A stretch of DNA of 64,000 nt from an uncultured Thermoanaerobaculia bacterium (GCA_964440565.1 CAYTTB010000001.1:29361-93360); one strand, 5' to 3'; numbered from the stretch's first letter, positions 1 to 9,116 are shown. A program made the numbers and translations. The notes: a model not told the origin generated them from the letters alone.

Positions 1-1388
1 GCACCGGCTCGGTGGTGGGCAACCTGTACAAGGGGAGGGTGGTGCGGGTCCTGCCCGGGATGCAGGCGGCGTTCGTGGACATCGGCCTGCCGCGGGACGG
101 GTTCCTCTACGTGCGGGAGGCGGGGGGGATCCTGGAGGACTTCACCGACCTGCTCCCCGAGCACGAGGGCGAACCGCTGGAGCTTCCCCCCGACGCCGCC
201 ATCGACGACCTCCTGCGCGAGGGCCAGGAGGTGCTGGTGCAGGTGGTGAAGGACGGGATCGGCAGCAAGGGCGCCCGCCTCACCACCTACGTGACGCTCC
301 CGGGCCGCTTCCTGGTCTACCTGCCCACGGTCCCCCAGCACGGTGTCTCGCGGCGGATCACCGACCCGGAGGAGCGCGCCCGCCTCAAGGCCATCGTGTC
401 GGCGTTCGCCGACCCCGGCGGGTGGATCGTGCGCACCGCCGGCGAGGGGCTCGACGCCGCCGCCCTCGACGCCGACCGGCGGCAGCTCCTCGCGCAGTGG
501 GCGCAGATCCAGGTCGCGGCGGAGCGGGCCCGGGCTCCGGCGCTGGTCCACCGGGAGCTCAGCCCGGTGCTGCGCACCGTCCGCGATCTGTTCACCGACG
601 AGGTCGCGGAGTGCTGGGTGGACGACGTGGACAGCTACCGCGAGGTGGTGGAGTTCCTGGAGTCCGCGGACCCGGCCCTGGTGCCGCGGGTGAAGCTCTA
701 CCGCCGGCAGGGCGACCTCATGACCGCCTTCGGGATCGAGGAGGAGCTGGAGAAGGCGCTCCGGCCCAGGGTCTGGCTCAAGTCCGGCGGGTACCTGGTG
801 GTCAACCAGACCGAGGCGCTGGTGGCCATCGACGTCAACACCGGCAAGTACCTGGGCTCCACGTCGCTCGAGGACACCGCGCTGAAGATCAACCTGGAGG
901 CGGTGCGGGAGATCGTGCGCCAGCTCAGGCTGCGCGACCTCGGCGGGATCGTGGTGATCGACTTCATCGACATGGAGGACCCCGCCAACCGCCGGCGCGT
1001 GTACGAGGCGCTCCGGGAGGAGCTCCGGAGCGACCCTGCCCGTTCCCAGCTGCTGCCCATGAGCGACATCGGCCTGGTGCAGCTGACGCGCAAGCGGACC
1101 CGGGCGAGCCTCGAGCGGACCCTGTCGCGCGAGTGCCCCTACTGCCACGGCCGCGGCCGGATCAAGTCGCTGGCCACCATCTGCCTCGAGATCCGGCGCG
1201 CGGTGCTCGGGCTCGCCGAGCAGGAGCGGCCGGGCTCGGTCTCGCTCACCGTGCACCCCCAGGTGTCGCACTACCTGCAGGGGCCGATGCGCGAGGTGCT
1301 GCGCGAGCTGGAGGAGGAGCACGGCGTCCAGGTGGTCCTGCGCGAGAACCCCTTGCTGCACCAGGAGGAGTACGAACTGCTGCCGTGA
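1..1388 (+). CDS. rng: Ribonuclease G/E family endoribonuclease, 5' end cut by window edge
   Basis: ORF 12..1388. It has the S1-domain motif VGNLYKGRVVRVLPGMQAAFVDIG and core motifs ALVAIDVNTGK and GGIVVIDFIDM. In E. coli RNase G the first motif lies about 35 aa from the N-terminus, so the true start is probably upstream of the window. Confidence 0.85.
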   Translation, partial: TGSVVGNLYKGRVVRVLPGMQAAFVDIGLPRDGFLYVREAGGILEDFTDLLPEHEGEPLELPPDAAIDDLLREGQEVLVQVVKDGIGSKGARLTTYVTLPGRFLVYLPTVPQHGVSRRITDPEERARLKAIVSAFADPGGWIVRTAGEGLDAAALDADRRQLLAQWAQIQVAAERARAPALVHRELSPVLRTVRDLFTDEVAECWVDDVDSYREVVEFLESADPALVPRVKLYRRQGDLMTAFGIEEELEKALRPRVWLKSGGYLVVNQTEALVAIDVNTGKYLGSTSLEDTALKINLEAVREIVRQLRLRDLGGIVVIDFIDMEDPANRRRVYEALREELRSDPARSQLLPMSDIGLVQLTRKRTRASLERTLSRECPYCHGRGRIKSLATICLEIRRAVLGLAEQERPGSVSLTVHPQVSHYLQGPMREVLRELEEEHGVQVVLRENPLLHQEEYELLP

Positions 1389-1395
1389 ACCGGCC

Positions 1396-2376
1396 TCACA
1401 GGTACGCCACCGCGAACCCCACCTGCGCGGTCATCATCATCAGGTACATGTGGGTCCAGGAGGGATGGTTCTCCACCCGGGCCAGCGCCCCCGGATCCCG
1501 CAGCATGAGGCGGACGGTGTGGGCCCCCCAGGCGGCCAGCAGGAGCCCCAGCGCCACCAGGATCGGCGCGTGGCCCGTGAGGACCGGGTGGGTCGGGTTC
1601 GCCGGGTCGGGCAGCAGCGCTCCGGCCGGCACGAGGAGCCACGGAAGCACGAAGAACGGTGCCATCAGGTGGATCGCGCGGCGCGGCCCGTAGATCAGCG
1701 GCAGCGTCCGGCAGCCCCCGCGGCGGTCGCCGTCCATGTCCGAGAAGTCCTTGGTGGAGGCGGCCCCGAGCAGGAACAGCCCGAAGACGGCCCCGATCCA
1801 CCACGGCTCCGCCGACCACACCGGCGCCACCATGGACCACCCCGCGACCTTGAGCAGGGTGCCGCGGGGGATGGCGATGGTGAGGTTGGCGAGCCACCCG
1901 AGCCGCTTGGTGCGGCCGAAGGTCGGCAGCGAGTACACCAGCGTGAAGGCGAGCCCGGCGAGGTAGATGAAGAAGCAGACGTGCTCGGCCACGGGAGCGG
2001 TGAGCTTGGCCCGGAGCGTGTCGTACGGGTGGGGCACCACGAGCCAGGTGGGCACGAGCGCGAGGGCGTACAGGGCCACCGTCACCCGCCACGCCTGCCG
2101 GAGGCTCACCCGTCCCGAGGGCAGGGGCCGTCCGGGCTTGTTGAGCCGGTCGATCTCGAGGTCCGCGATCTGGTTCAGGATGTTGGAGGCGGCGTTCATC
2201 GCCGAGGCGCAGAGCGACCCCAGCGCCACGGTCCCCACCACCGCCAGCGTCAGCCGCCGCGCGGGGTCGGGGTTGTGCACCGAGCCGAAGGCGCACACCG
2301 CACCCGAGACGATGCCGAGCAGCGGGGGCAGCAACGTGAACGGGCGCGAGAGATCGCGGAGATCCCGCCAGGTCAT
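1396..2376 (-). CDS. UbiA-family polyprenyltransferase (acceptor unknown)
   Basis: Tail of ORF 1396..3600 from the ATG at 2376 (326 aa). It has the Asp-rich motif NQIADLEIDRLNKPGRPLPSG, a second motif KDFSDMDGD, and multiple hydrophobic helices. Its ATG overlaps the upstream stop (ATGA). Confidence 0.8.
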   Translation of the reverse strand: MTWRDLRDLSRPFTLLPPLLGIVSGAVCAFGSVHNPDPARRLTLAVVGTVALGSLCASAMNAASNILNQIADLEIDRLNKPGRPLPSGRVSLRQAWRVTVALYALALVPTWLVVPHPYDTLRAKLTAPVAEHVCFFIYLAGLAFTLVYSLPTFGRTKRLGWLANLTIAIPRGTLLKVAGWSMVAPVWSAEPWWIGAVFGLFLLGAASTKDFSDMDGDRRGGCRTLPLIYGPRRAIHLMAPFFVLPWLLVPAGALLPDPANPTHPVLTGHAPILVALGLLLAAWGAHTVRLMLRDPGALARVENHPSWTHMYLMMMTAQVGFAVAYL

Positions 2377-3653
2377 GGCGGGATGATACCCAGGAGGCGG
2401 GCCAGCGCCAGGGCGAGGAGGCCCCCGACGGCGGTGTCGGCGAGGTTGGTCCCGTGCTTGCTGGCCGGCCCGAGGCGGGGAAGCACCCCCTCGACCAGCA
2501 TCGCCGCGAACCCCGCCGCGGCCACCGCGGCCCCCCCCGCGGGCGGGAGCGCCCCCGTCGCCGCCGCCGCCCCGCCCACCACCGCCGCGCCCACGAGCGC
2601 CGCCACGGTCCCGGGTCCCGACACCGCACCCGGGGTCCCCGGGGGAACCGGATCGAGCCGCGGCAGCGTGTACGCCCGCCGCCCGAGGACCTTCCCCACC
2701 TCCGAGCCCAGCGTGTCGGCGAGGGCGGCGGCGAGGCTCCCGGCCACGAGGAGCGCGCCCACCGCCGAGCCCGGGTAGAGCCCGGCGAGCGCCGCCCCCA
2801 CCCCGGCGAGCGTGCCGTTGGCGGCCACGTGCGCGGCGCCGCGCCGGCACTCGTCCTCGAGCCCCCGCCGCCGCTTCTCGCCCCGGCGGAGCCGGGTGGC
2901 CGCCGTGCCGGTGGCCAGGAACAGCCACAGCAGCAGGTACGCCCGCCAGCCGCCGAGCCCCAGCGTCGCGGTGCCCAGCGCCCAGGCCGCCGCCACCCCG
3001 GCGGGCTCGAGCAGGCGGACCGCGAGCGCCGCGGCCGCGACGGCGGCGTTGATCGCGGCCGCGACACCCACCGCCGCGGCCGTGACGGCGGGAGGGCCGC
3101 CGGCGGCGAGCGCGGGCAGCAGGACCGCCGCACCGACGAGCGGCGGCAGGACGTTGTCGTCCAGCCCGTGCGGGACGGACTCCACCACCGCCGCCACCGC
3201 CACCGCGAGGACCAGCGCCGGCAGCGGCCGCCACCCGGAGACCGTACCGGGCCCGGCCACCCAGGCGAGCAGCGCGATCCCCAGCGCGCCCCCGCCCAGC
3301 GCGTAGCCGGCGAGGCCCTCCCACGTCTTGTCGGGGTTCCAGGGCAGCGGCCGGCGGCCGAGCGACATCCCCGCGATCCCGGCGAGCGCATCGCCCCCGG
3401 CGAGCAGTCCCCACCCGAACGCGGCCACGCCGAGGCCGCCCGCCGCCGGCGGGAGGTGGAACAGGAGCACGAGGGCCAGCACGACCAGCGGGTAGACGAG
3501 CACGCCCCGGTCGCTCGCCCCCTCCCGCGCGCTCGCCAGCCGGTGGCCCACGAGGCGGGGCAGCAGGAGGAGGTTGAAGGCGAAGGCGGCGAGGGCGCAC
3601 GCCGCTGCCTGCGGCCAGGTGAGCCAGCGCAGGAGCAGCGCGAAGGCGGCCAT
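2373..3653 (-). CDS. Polytopic membrane protein: CTP-dependent polyprenol kinase-like domain fused to a DUF92/TMEM19 (VTE6-like) domain
   Basis: Tail of ORF 2373..4577 from the ATG at 3653 (426 aa). The N-terminal ~190 aa carry GGDALAGIAGMSLGRRPLPWNPDKTWEG, a signature of the dolichol kinase / phytol kinase / CdsA superfamily. The C-terminal ~230 aa carry DUF92-like motifs RRGAAHVAANG, ALADTLGSEVG and PGTPGAVSGPGT. Confidence 0.65.
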   Translation of the reverse strand: MAAFALLLRWLTWPQAAACALAAFAFNLLLLPRLVGHRLASAREGASDRGVLVYPLVVLALVLLFHLPPAAGGLGVAAFGWGLLAGGDALAGIAGMSLGRRPLPWNPDKTWEGLAGYALGGGALGIALLAWVAGPGTVSGWRPLPALVLAVAVAAVVESVPHGLDDNVLPPLVGAAVLLPALAAGGPPAVTAAAVGVAAAINAAVAAAALAVRLLEPAGVAAAWALGTATLGLGGWRAYLLLWLFLATGTAATRLRRGEKRRRGLEDECRRGAAHVAANGTLAGVGAALAGLYPGSAVGALLVAGSLAAALADTLGSEVGKVLGRRAYTLPRLDPVPPGTPGAVSGPGTVAALVGAAVVGGAAAATGALPPAGGAAVAAAGFAAMLVEGVLPRLGPASKHGTNLADTAVGGLLALALARLLGIIPP

Positions 3654-3700
3654 CCCCGCGTGGACCGCCTTGCGCGCCCCCTCGCCCGGTGGCAGCGGCC

Positions 3701-4663
3701 TCACGCCCCCCCTCCGGCGACCCGTTCCCGCCACCAGTCGAGGAGGTCGGCGAGCGTGCGTTCGAGCGGGATCCGCGCCGTCCAGCCGGTGGCCTCCCGG
3801 AACCGGGAGGGGTCGCCGTACAGCGCCGGGATGTCGGTGGGACGGAGCCGATCCGCAGCCACCCGCACCTCGAGGCGCACCCGTGCGAGGGCGAGCAGGA
3901 TCTCGAGCACCTCCCGTACCGCGACCGGCCGCCCCGAGCAGACGTTGTACGGCCCGGGGGGGAGGCCGGGATCGAGCGCCGCCAGGTAGGCGTCGGCCAC
4001 GTCGCGCACGTCGGTGAAGTCGCGGACCACGTCGAGCGCGCCCACCTCCACCACCGGCTCCCGGACCCCCGCCTCGGCCCGGGCCACCTGCCGGGCCAGC
4101 GAGGAGGTCACGAACCGGGGGGGGCGTCCCGGCCCGGTGTGGTTGAACGGCCGCATTCGCACCGCGGCGAGCCCGTGGGCGCGCGCGTACTGGGCCGCCA
4201 GCAGGTCCTGCGCCGCCTTGGACACCCCGTACGGCGACACCGGACGGAACGGCGTCGCCTCGGTGGCGGGGAGATCCCCCTCGGGCACCGCACCGTACGC
4301 CTCCCCCGAGCACGCCACCACGAGCCGGGGGGTCAGCCCCTCCGCCCGCAGCGCCTCGAGGAGGTGCACCTGGCCCACCACGTTCACCTCCAGGACCTCC
4401 GCGGGGGCCGTGTAGGAGCCCGCCACGGTCGAGGCGGCGGCCAGGTGGATCACCGCGTCCGGCCGTGCGGCGCGCACCGCCGCCGCCACCGAGGGGCCGT
4501 CGCGGAGGTCCCCCACCACCGTCCGGAGCCGCGGATGGAGCCCCTCGGTGTCGGCGTCCCACCGCACGAGCCCCCACACCTCGGCGTCGGGCCGGCGGGC
4601 GAGGAGGCGTGGGACCAGGTGGCGGGCCACGAACCCCGTCGCGCCGGTGACCAGCACCCTCAC
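3701..4663 (-). CDS. NAD-dependent epimerase/dehydratase (extended SDR)
   Basis: Tail of ORF 3701..6529. The GTG at 4663 gives (M)RVLVTGATGFVARHL, and the YGVSK (YxxxK) motif is present. This GTG overlaps the stop of the rmlD-like gene (GTGA). An alternative ATG lies at 4702. Confidence 0.8.
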   Translation of the reverse strand: MRVLVTGATGFVARHLVPRLLARRPDAEVWGLVRWDADTEGLHPRLRTVVGDLRDGPSVAAAVRAARPDAVIHLAAASTVAGSYTAPAEVLEVNVVGQVHLLEALRAEGLTPRLVVACSGEAYGAVPEGDLPATEATPFRPVSPYGVSKAAQDLLAAQYARAHGLAAVRMRPFNHTGPGRPPRFVTSSLARQVARAEAGVREPVVEVGALDVVRDFTDVRDVADAYLAALDPGLPPGPYNVCSGRPVAVREVLEILLALARVRLEVRVAADRLRPTDIPALYGDPSRFREATGWTARIPLERTLADLLDWWRERVAGGGA

Positions 4664-5505
4664 CGCGCGGCCTCCAGGTAGCGGCGCAGCGCGTCCCGCC
4701 ATGGCGGCATCCGGCGGCCCAGGATCGCCGCGAGGCGCGAGGTGTCCAGCGCGGAGCTCGCCGGGCGTGGCGCCGGCCGGTGGAGCTGGGCGGTGGTGAT
4801 GGGCCGCACCGGGACCCCCGCGCCCAGCTCCTCGACGATGGCCTCCGCGAACCCGTGCCAGGTGGTGAAACCCTCGTTCACCGCGTGCACCACCCCCCGC
4901 GCTCCGGCGGCGACCAGGTCCAGGATCGCCTCGGCGAGGTCGGCGGCGTAGGTGGGGCTGCCCCGCTGGTCCGCCACCACCCGGAGCTCCCCGACGCCCC
5001 GCGCGATCTGGCGGCGGATCGCCTCCACGAAGTTGCGCCCCCCGACGCCGTACAGCCACGCGGTGCGTACCACGAGGTGGTCGGGGCAGGCGGCGGCGCG
5101 CCGCTCCCCCTCGAGCTTGCTGCGCCCGTACGCTCCCAGCGGCGCCGGGGGATCCTCCTCGCGGTACGGGCGGGAGAGCTCCCCGGAGAACACGTAGTCG
5201 GTGGAGAGCTGCACCAGCAGCGCGCCGGCCTCGGTGCAGGCCGCCGCCAGATGCCCCACCGCGATGCCGTTGACCTCGAGCGCCCGTCCGGGCTCGGCCT
5301 CGGCGCCGTCCACGTCGGTGTAGGCGGCGCAGTTGATCACCGCCTCCGGCCGGACCGTCCGGACCGCCGCGTGCACCGCCGCCGGGTCCGTGATGTCGAG
5401 CTCCGGCAGGTCCGGCGCCGTCACCGGGATCCCGCGCGAGGCGGCGGCGACCTGGAGCGCACGCCCCAGCTGCCCGCGGCCACCGGTCACCAGGAGCCCC
5501 GGCAT
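4660..5505 (-). CDS. rmlD: dTDP-4-dehydrorhamnose reductase family protein (RmlD-like)
   Basis: ORF 4660..5505, 281 aa. It has the Rossmann motif LLVTGGRGQLG plus STDYVFSG and YGRSKLEGE. No rmlA/B/C genes are nearby. Confidence 0.8.
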   Translation of the reverse strand: MPGLLVTGGRGQLGRALQVAAASRGIPVTAPDLPELDITDPAAVHAAVRTVRPEAVINCAAYTDVDGAEAEPGRALEVNGIAVGHLAAACTEAGALLVQLSTDYVFSGELSRPYREEDPPAPLGAYGRSKLEGERRAAACPDHLVVRTAWLYGVGGRNFVEAIRRQIARGVGELRVVADQRGSPTYAADLAEAILDLVAAGARGVVHAVNEGFTTWHGFAEAIVEELGAGVPVRPITTAQLHRPAPRPASSALDTSRLAAILGRRMPPWRDALRRYLEAAR

Positions 5506-5514
5506 GGGCGCATG

Positions 5515-6291
5515 CTAGCAGACGGAGCGCCGGGCGCGGGCGAGGGCGTGAGGGTAGGGCGTCCACCGCACGTCCCGGGGCTCCCATCCGCCCTCGGCCA
5601 GCTCCGCTCGGACCTCCTCCTCGGTGAAGGTGTGGATGTAGTGGGGCAGGAGGAGGTCGCCCACCTCGACGGGTGGACGGCCCAGGAGCGGCCGGAGCGG
5701 GCCGCTCACTCCCCTGGCGACGGCCCAGAACCAGCGGGGGGCGGCCCGTCCCACGAAGGACAGCAGCAGCGGGGCGGCGGGAGGGACGGCCTCGCGCAGG
5801 CGGCGGAGGAGCCGGACCCGCGTGGCCCGTCCCCGCACCAGGCTGTACATCCCCCACCCCAGGATCACCCCCCCGGGCCGGCCGGGGAACGCGGGGCAGC
5901 TGTCCGGCTCCATGGGCAGGAGGCGGAGCCCGGGGTCGGCCTCCCGGAGGATCTCGCGCCCCCGCGCGCGAAGGGCGGGGTTGCACTCGAACCCGGTGAC
6001 CCGGTACCCCATGGCGTGGAGGCCGAGGAGCTCCCGGCCGGCGCCGGCTCCCAGGACCGCGATCTCGCAGCCCGGTGGAAAGAGCTCCTCCACCGCGGCG
6101 CGCTCCCAGGGGTAGAGGCCGGACCGGTTGTATCCGGGGTCCGTGTAGGTGCGGGACCGAGCGTGGTGGGAGCTGTCGAGCGTGCGAAGGCTGGCGGGCG
6201 ACAGTCCCCCCAGGAACAGGCCGGTGTGGACGGCGCGCAGCAACCAGTCGAGGCGCTCGATCCACCTCCACGACAGACGGCAGAGAACCAC
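5515..6291 (-). CDS. Class I SAM-dependent methyltransferase
   Basis: Tail of ORF 5515..6480 with SAM motif I IAVLGAGAGRE. There is no nearby in-frame ATG, so the GTG at 6291 was chosen. The start is uncertain. Confidence 0.55.
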   Translation of the reverse strand: MVLCRLSWRWIERLDWLLRAVHTGLFLGGLSPASLRTLDSSHHARSRTYTDPGYNRSGLYPWERAAVEELFPPGCEIAVLGAGAGRELLGLHAMGYRVTGFECNPALRARGREILREADPGLRLLPMEPDSCPAFPGRPGGVILGWGMYSLVRGRATRVRLLRRLREAVPPAAPLLLSFVGRAAPRWFWAVARGVSGPLRPLLGRPPVEVGDLLLPHYIHTFTEEEVRAELAEGGWEPRDVRWTPYPHALARARRSVC

Positions 6292-6578
6292 GCCCGGCGT
6301 GACGCGCTCCGGATCCGCAGTGGCATCGCGCGCCCCGCGTCCCGCGTGCCTGTCGGTTCTCACCTCCGGGCCTGCCAACGGTACCCCGGGCCCAGGATAG
6401 GGATCCCGGCCGGGCCGCACAACGGCGCGGCGTGCGGGCGTTCCCGATACCTCCGCGCGGCGGTCCCGGCGGCCCGGCACCCGCGGCCCCGGGCCGGCGC
6501 AACCCCGGGGCGCGGGGTGCGTAGCTCACGCAGGGACGGGCGGGGGGTCGTCACCCGCAGGAGCGGAGGATCCGAGCG

Positions 6579-6923
6579 ATGGAGCGTGAACTGGGGATCG
6601 CCTACCTCGCCGTCGCCGTGCTGATCGTCGTGGCGGCGGTACCGCTGCTGCTCGGGTGGGTCCGCAGGAACTCCTGGTACGGGATCCGCATCCCCGCGGC
6701 GTTCGAGTCCGAGGCGAGCTGGCTGCGGGTGAACCGGTACGGGGCGAGATGCCTCCTGGCGTGGGCGGCCGCGCTGGCCCTGCTGGGAGCGGTGTGCCTC
6801 CTGCTGCCCACGCGGCTCGAGGGCCTGGCCCTCCTGGGCGTGGTGCTCGCCCCCCTGGCGACGCTGTTCCCGGTGATCGTCGCCATTCTCCGCTACGGCG
6901 ACCGGACCGCCTCGCGCCCGTGA
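6579..6923 (+). CDS. SdpI/YhfL-family small membrane protein
   Basis: ORF 6579..6923, 114 aa with about four hydrophobic helices. RRNSWYGIRIPAAFESEASW resembles the SdpI-family signature. GGAGCGGAGG lies upstream. Confidence 0.6.
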   Translation: MERELGIAYLAVAVLIVVAAVPLLLGWVRRNSWYGIRIPAAFESEASWLRVNRYGARCLLAWAAALALLGAVCLLLPTRLEGLALLGVVLAPLATLFPVIVAILRYGDRTASRP

Positions 6924-6990
6924 CCGGTCCGGCCCGCCGGGTGGAATGTCCCGCCGCCCGGGCGTATTCTTCTGGCCGCGGAGGTGCGCG

Positions 6991-7644
6991 ATGCGACCGG
7001 TGGAGCCAGCGGAGCGGGGCGGGGGCGAGGGGATCGAGAGCCGCAACGGGAACCTGGTGGCGCGCGAGGACGAGGCCCGCATCGTGGCCCGCATCGCGGG
7101 GCACATGGCGGCGATCATGCGGGAGCTCAACCTCGATCTCGACGACCCCAACTTCCGGGGCACGCCGGAGCGGGTGGCCAGGATGTACGTGGAGCTCTTC
7201 CACGGGATCTTCGAGGGCGCCGAGCCCGAGGTGACGGTGTTCCCCAACGAGGAGGGGTACCATCACATGGTCATCGAGCGGGAGATCCCGTTCTACTCCA
7301 TGTGCGCGCACCACTTCGTCCCGTTCTACGGGCACGCCCACATCGCCTACATCCCCTCGGCCCGGATCGTGGGGCTGTCCAAGCTCGCCCGGATCCTGGA
7401 GTTCTATGCGCGCCGGCCGCAGCTGCAGGAGCGGCTCACGGAGCAGGTGGCCGAGTTCCTCTGGCGACGGCTCGAGCCGCTGGGAGTGATGGTGGTGATC
7501 GAGGCCCGCCACCTGTGCGTGGAGATGCGCGGGGTCAAGAAGCCGGGCGCGCTCACCACCACATCGGCGCTCCGTGGCTGCTTCTCGGACCGCAAGGTGC
7601 GCGAGGAGTTCCTCGCCCTGGTGGGCCGTCAGGTCGCCTGGTGA
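6991..7644 (+). CDS. folE: GTP cyclohydrolase I
   Basis: The in-frame ATG at 6991 has GGAGGT 5 nt upstream (the ORF track starts at 6946). Motifs FYSMCAHHFVPFYG, RPQLQERLT and EARHLCVEMRGV are present. Confidence 0.9.
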   Translation: MRPVEPAERGGGEGIESRNGNLVAREDEARIVARIAGHMAAIMRELNLDLDDPNFRGTPERVARMYVELFHGIFEGAEPEVTVFPNEEGYHHMVIEREIPFYSMCAHHFVPFYGHAHIAYIPSARIVGLSKLARILEFYARRPQLQERLTEQVAEFLWRRLEPLGVMVVIEARHLCVEMRGVKKPGALTTTSALRGCFSDRKVREEFLALVGRQVAW

Positions 7645-7656
7645 GGCCGCCGCGTT

Positions 7657-8094
7657 CTACCTCGGCGTGACCTCGCAGAAGAGGTACAGCTTCCGGAGCG
7701 ACCGGAGGGCGTCCGCGGGCAGCCTGTAGGTGTCGTGGAACACCTTCCGCCGTCCGGAGCCGAGCCGCATCGGCTTCACCTCGAGGCGGTGGAGGGTGGT
7801 GCCGGCGGCGTCCTCCAGCAGCAGCACCACGTCGATGCGCACGGTCCGGTCCGAGCGGTTCTCGAAGCCGAACTCGAGCGTGCACTTCACCCGGGAGCCC
7901 GGCCGCAGCTCCCCCCGCGGGACCACCTTCAGCGCACCCCAGCGGACCCCCTCGATCACCACCCCGGGGTCCACTGCCTTCCCGAGCTCGTAGGTCACCT
8001 CGGCCTGGTACGGGTTCTCCACCGGCCGCCCCTCCTGGGCCGCCACGAGACCCGCCAGCGCCGCGACCGTCAGCAGCGCGGCCACCCTCTGCAT
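7657..8094 (-). CDS. Secreted hypothetical protein
   Basis: ORF 7657..8094, 145 aa, with signal peptide MQRVAALLTVAALAGLVAAQE and no recognised domain. It is co-oriented with, and 98 nt downstream of, the CsgG-like gene. Confidence 0.6.
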   Translation of the reverse strand: MQRVAALLTVAALAGLVAAQEGRPVENPYQAEVTYELGKAVDPGVVIEGVRWGALKVVPRGELRPGSRVKCTLEFGFENRSDRTVRIDVVLLLEDAAGTTLHRLEVKPMRLGSGRRKVFHDTYRLPADALRSLRKLYLFCEVTPR

Positions 8095-8192
8095 CGCCTC
8101 CTCCTCGTAGCCCGGTGGTGGGCCTCGGATCGATTATAGACCGGAGGCCGGCGTCCGCGCCGGCCTCCGCAGCCACGCGCGGCCGTCCGCGC

Positions 8193-9116
8193 TCACGGCA
8201 GGTGGACCGCCATCCCCTTGCGAACCCGCGAGGCGTCGCCGCGGACCACCGAGCAGATGGACAGCTTCTCCTTGACGCGGTCCACGCGCACCCGGGCAAC
8301 CTCGTTGACCTCCTCGTCCAGCACCTCGCCGGTGTCCGGGTCGCGGATCACCTCGCGCGTGCCCACCACGAACTCCATTCCGGGCTGGACGCCCTCGCGC
8401 GCGCCGCGGTTGACGTACACCTTGCCGTTACGCACCAGCGCCACGGTTCCGGTCCACGGGATGCTGGGGAGCTGCTGGATGATGAAGTCCACGGCCTTGG
8501 CGCACGCCTCCTGCACGGCGAGGCCGAGGTTGTCGTTCTTGTGCCCGCCGAACGCGGCGCCCCATCCCGAGGTGTCGTAGCCGAGGCGCAGGCCGCGCTT
8601 CTTGGCGGTGCCCACCACGTTGGTGGAGGCGAGCACCTGGCCGGTGGTGGAGTCGATGACGTAGATGGTGGCGTTCACCTCCGCCTTCTTGCCGCCGCCC
8701 CCGATGCGGAACCCCTTGATCCGGATCCCGCCCGAGCCGCCGCCGGTGTCGGCCTGGACGTGGGTGATGGCCCCCTTGACGAGCAGCTGCGCCGGCGTCA
8801 TCTGGCCGGTCACCGGCGCCTTGGCGCCGCCCGCCGTCCGCCCGGAGGCGGCGAAGTCCTGCTCGGCCATCGCCTCCGCGCGCATGTCCTTCTCGCCCAG
8901 CACGATGAACCTGCCCGACTGGTTCAGCATGTCGGTGAGGACCGTGCTCCACGCGTCGCCGATGTCCCAGTAGCCGGCCCAGTTCGCCCGGTTCTCGAAC
9001 TTGGTGACCATGATGGAGTAGCGCAGCCCTCCCGCCGCCTCCTGGGTCGCCTGCTGCGCGAGAGCGGGCGCGGCGGCGAGGGCCGCCGCCACCGCGAGGA
9101 TCGCCACACGTCGCAT
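8193..9116 (-). CDS. CsgG-family outer-membrane channel-like protein (no lipobox)
   Basis: Tail of ORF 8193..9629 from the ATG at 9116 (307 aa), preceded by AAGGGAGGA. The signal peptide ends ALAQQ and has no Cys. The core resembles the CsgG family (YSIMVTKFENRANWAGYWDIGDAW...LNQSGRFIVLGEKDM). Confidence 0.75.
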   Translation of the reverse strand: MRRVAILAVAAALAAAPALAQQATQEAAGGLRYSIMVTKFENRANWAGYWDIGDAWSTVLTDMLNQSGRFIVLGEKDMRAEAMAEQDFAASGRTAGGAKAPVTGQMTPAQLLVKGAITHVQADTGGGSGGIRIKGFRIGGGGKKAEVNATIYVIDSTTGQVLASTNVVGTAKKRGLRLGYDTSGWGAAFGGHKNDNLGLAVQEACAKAVDFIIQQLPSIPWTGTVALVRNGKVYVNRGAREGVQPGMEFVVGTREVIRDPDTGEVLDEEVNEVARVRVDRVKEKLSICSVVRGDASRVRKGMAVHLP

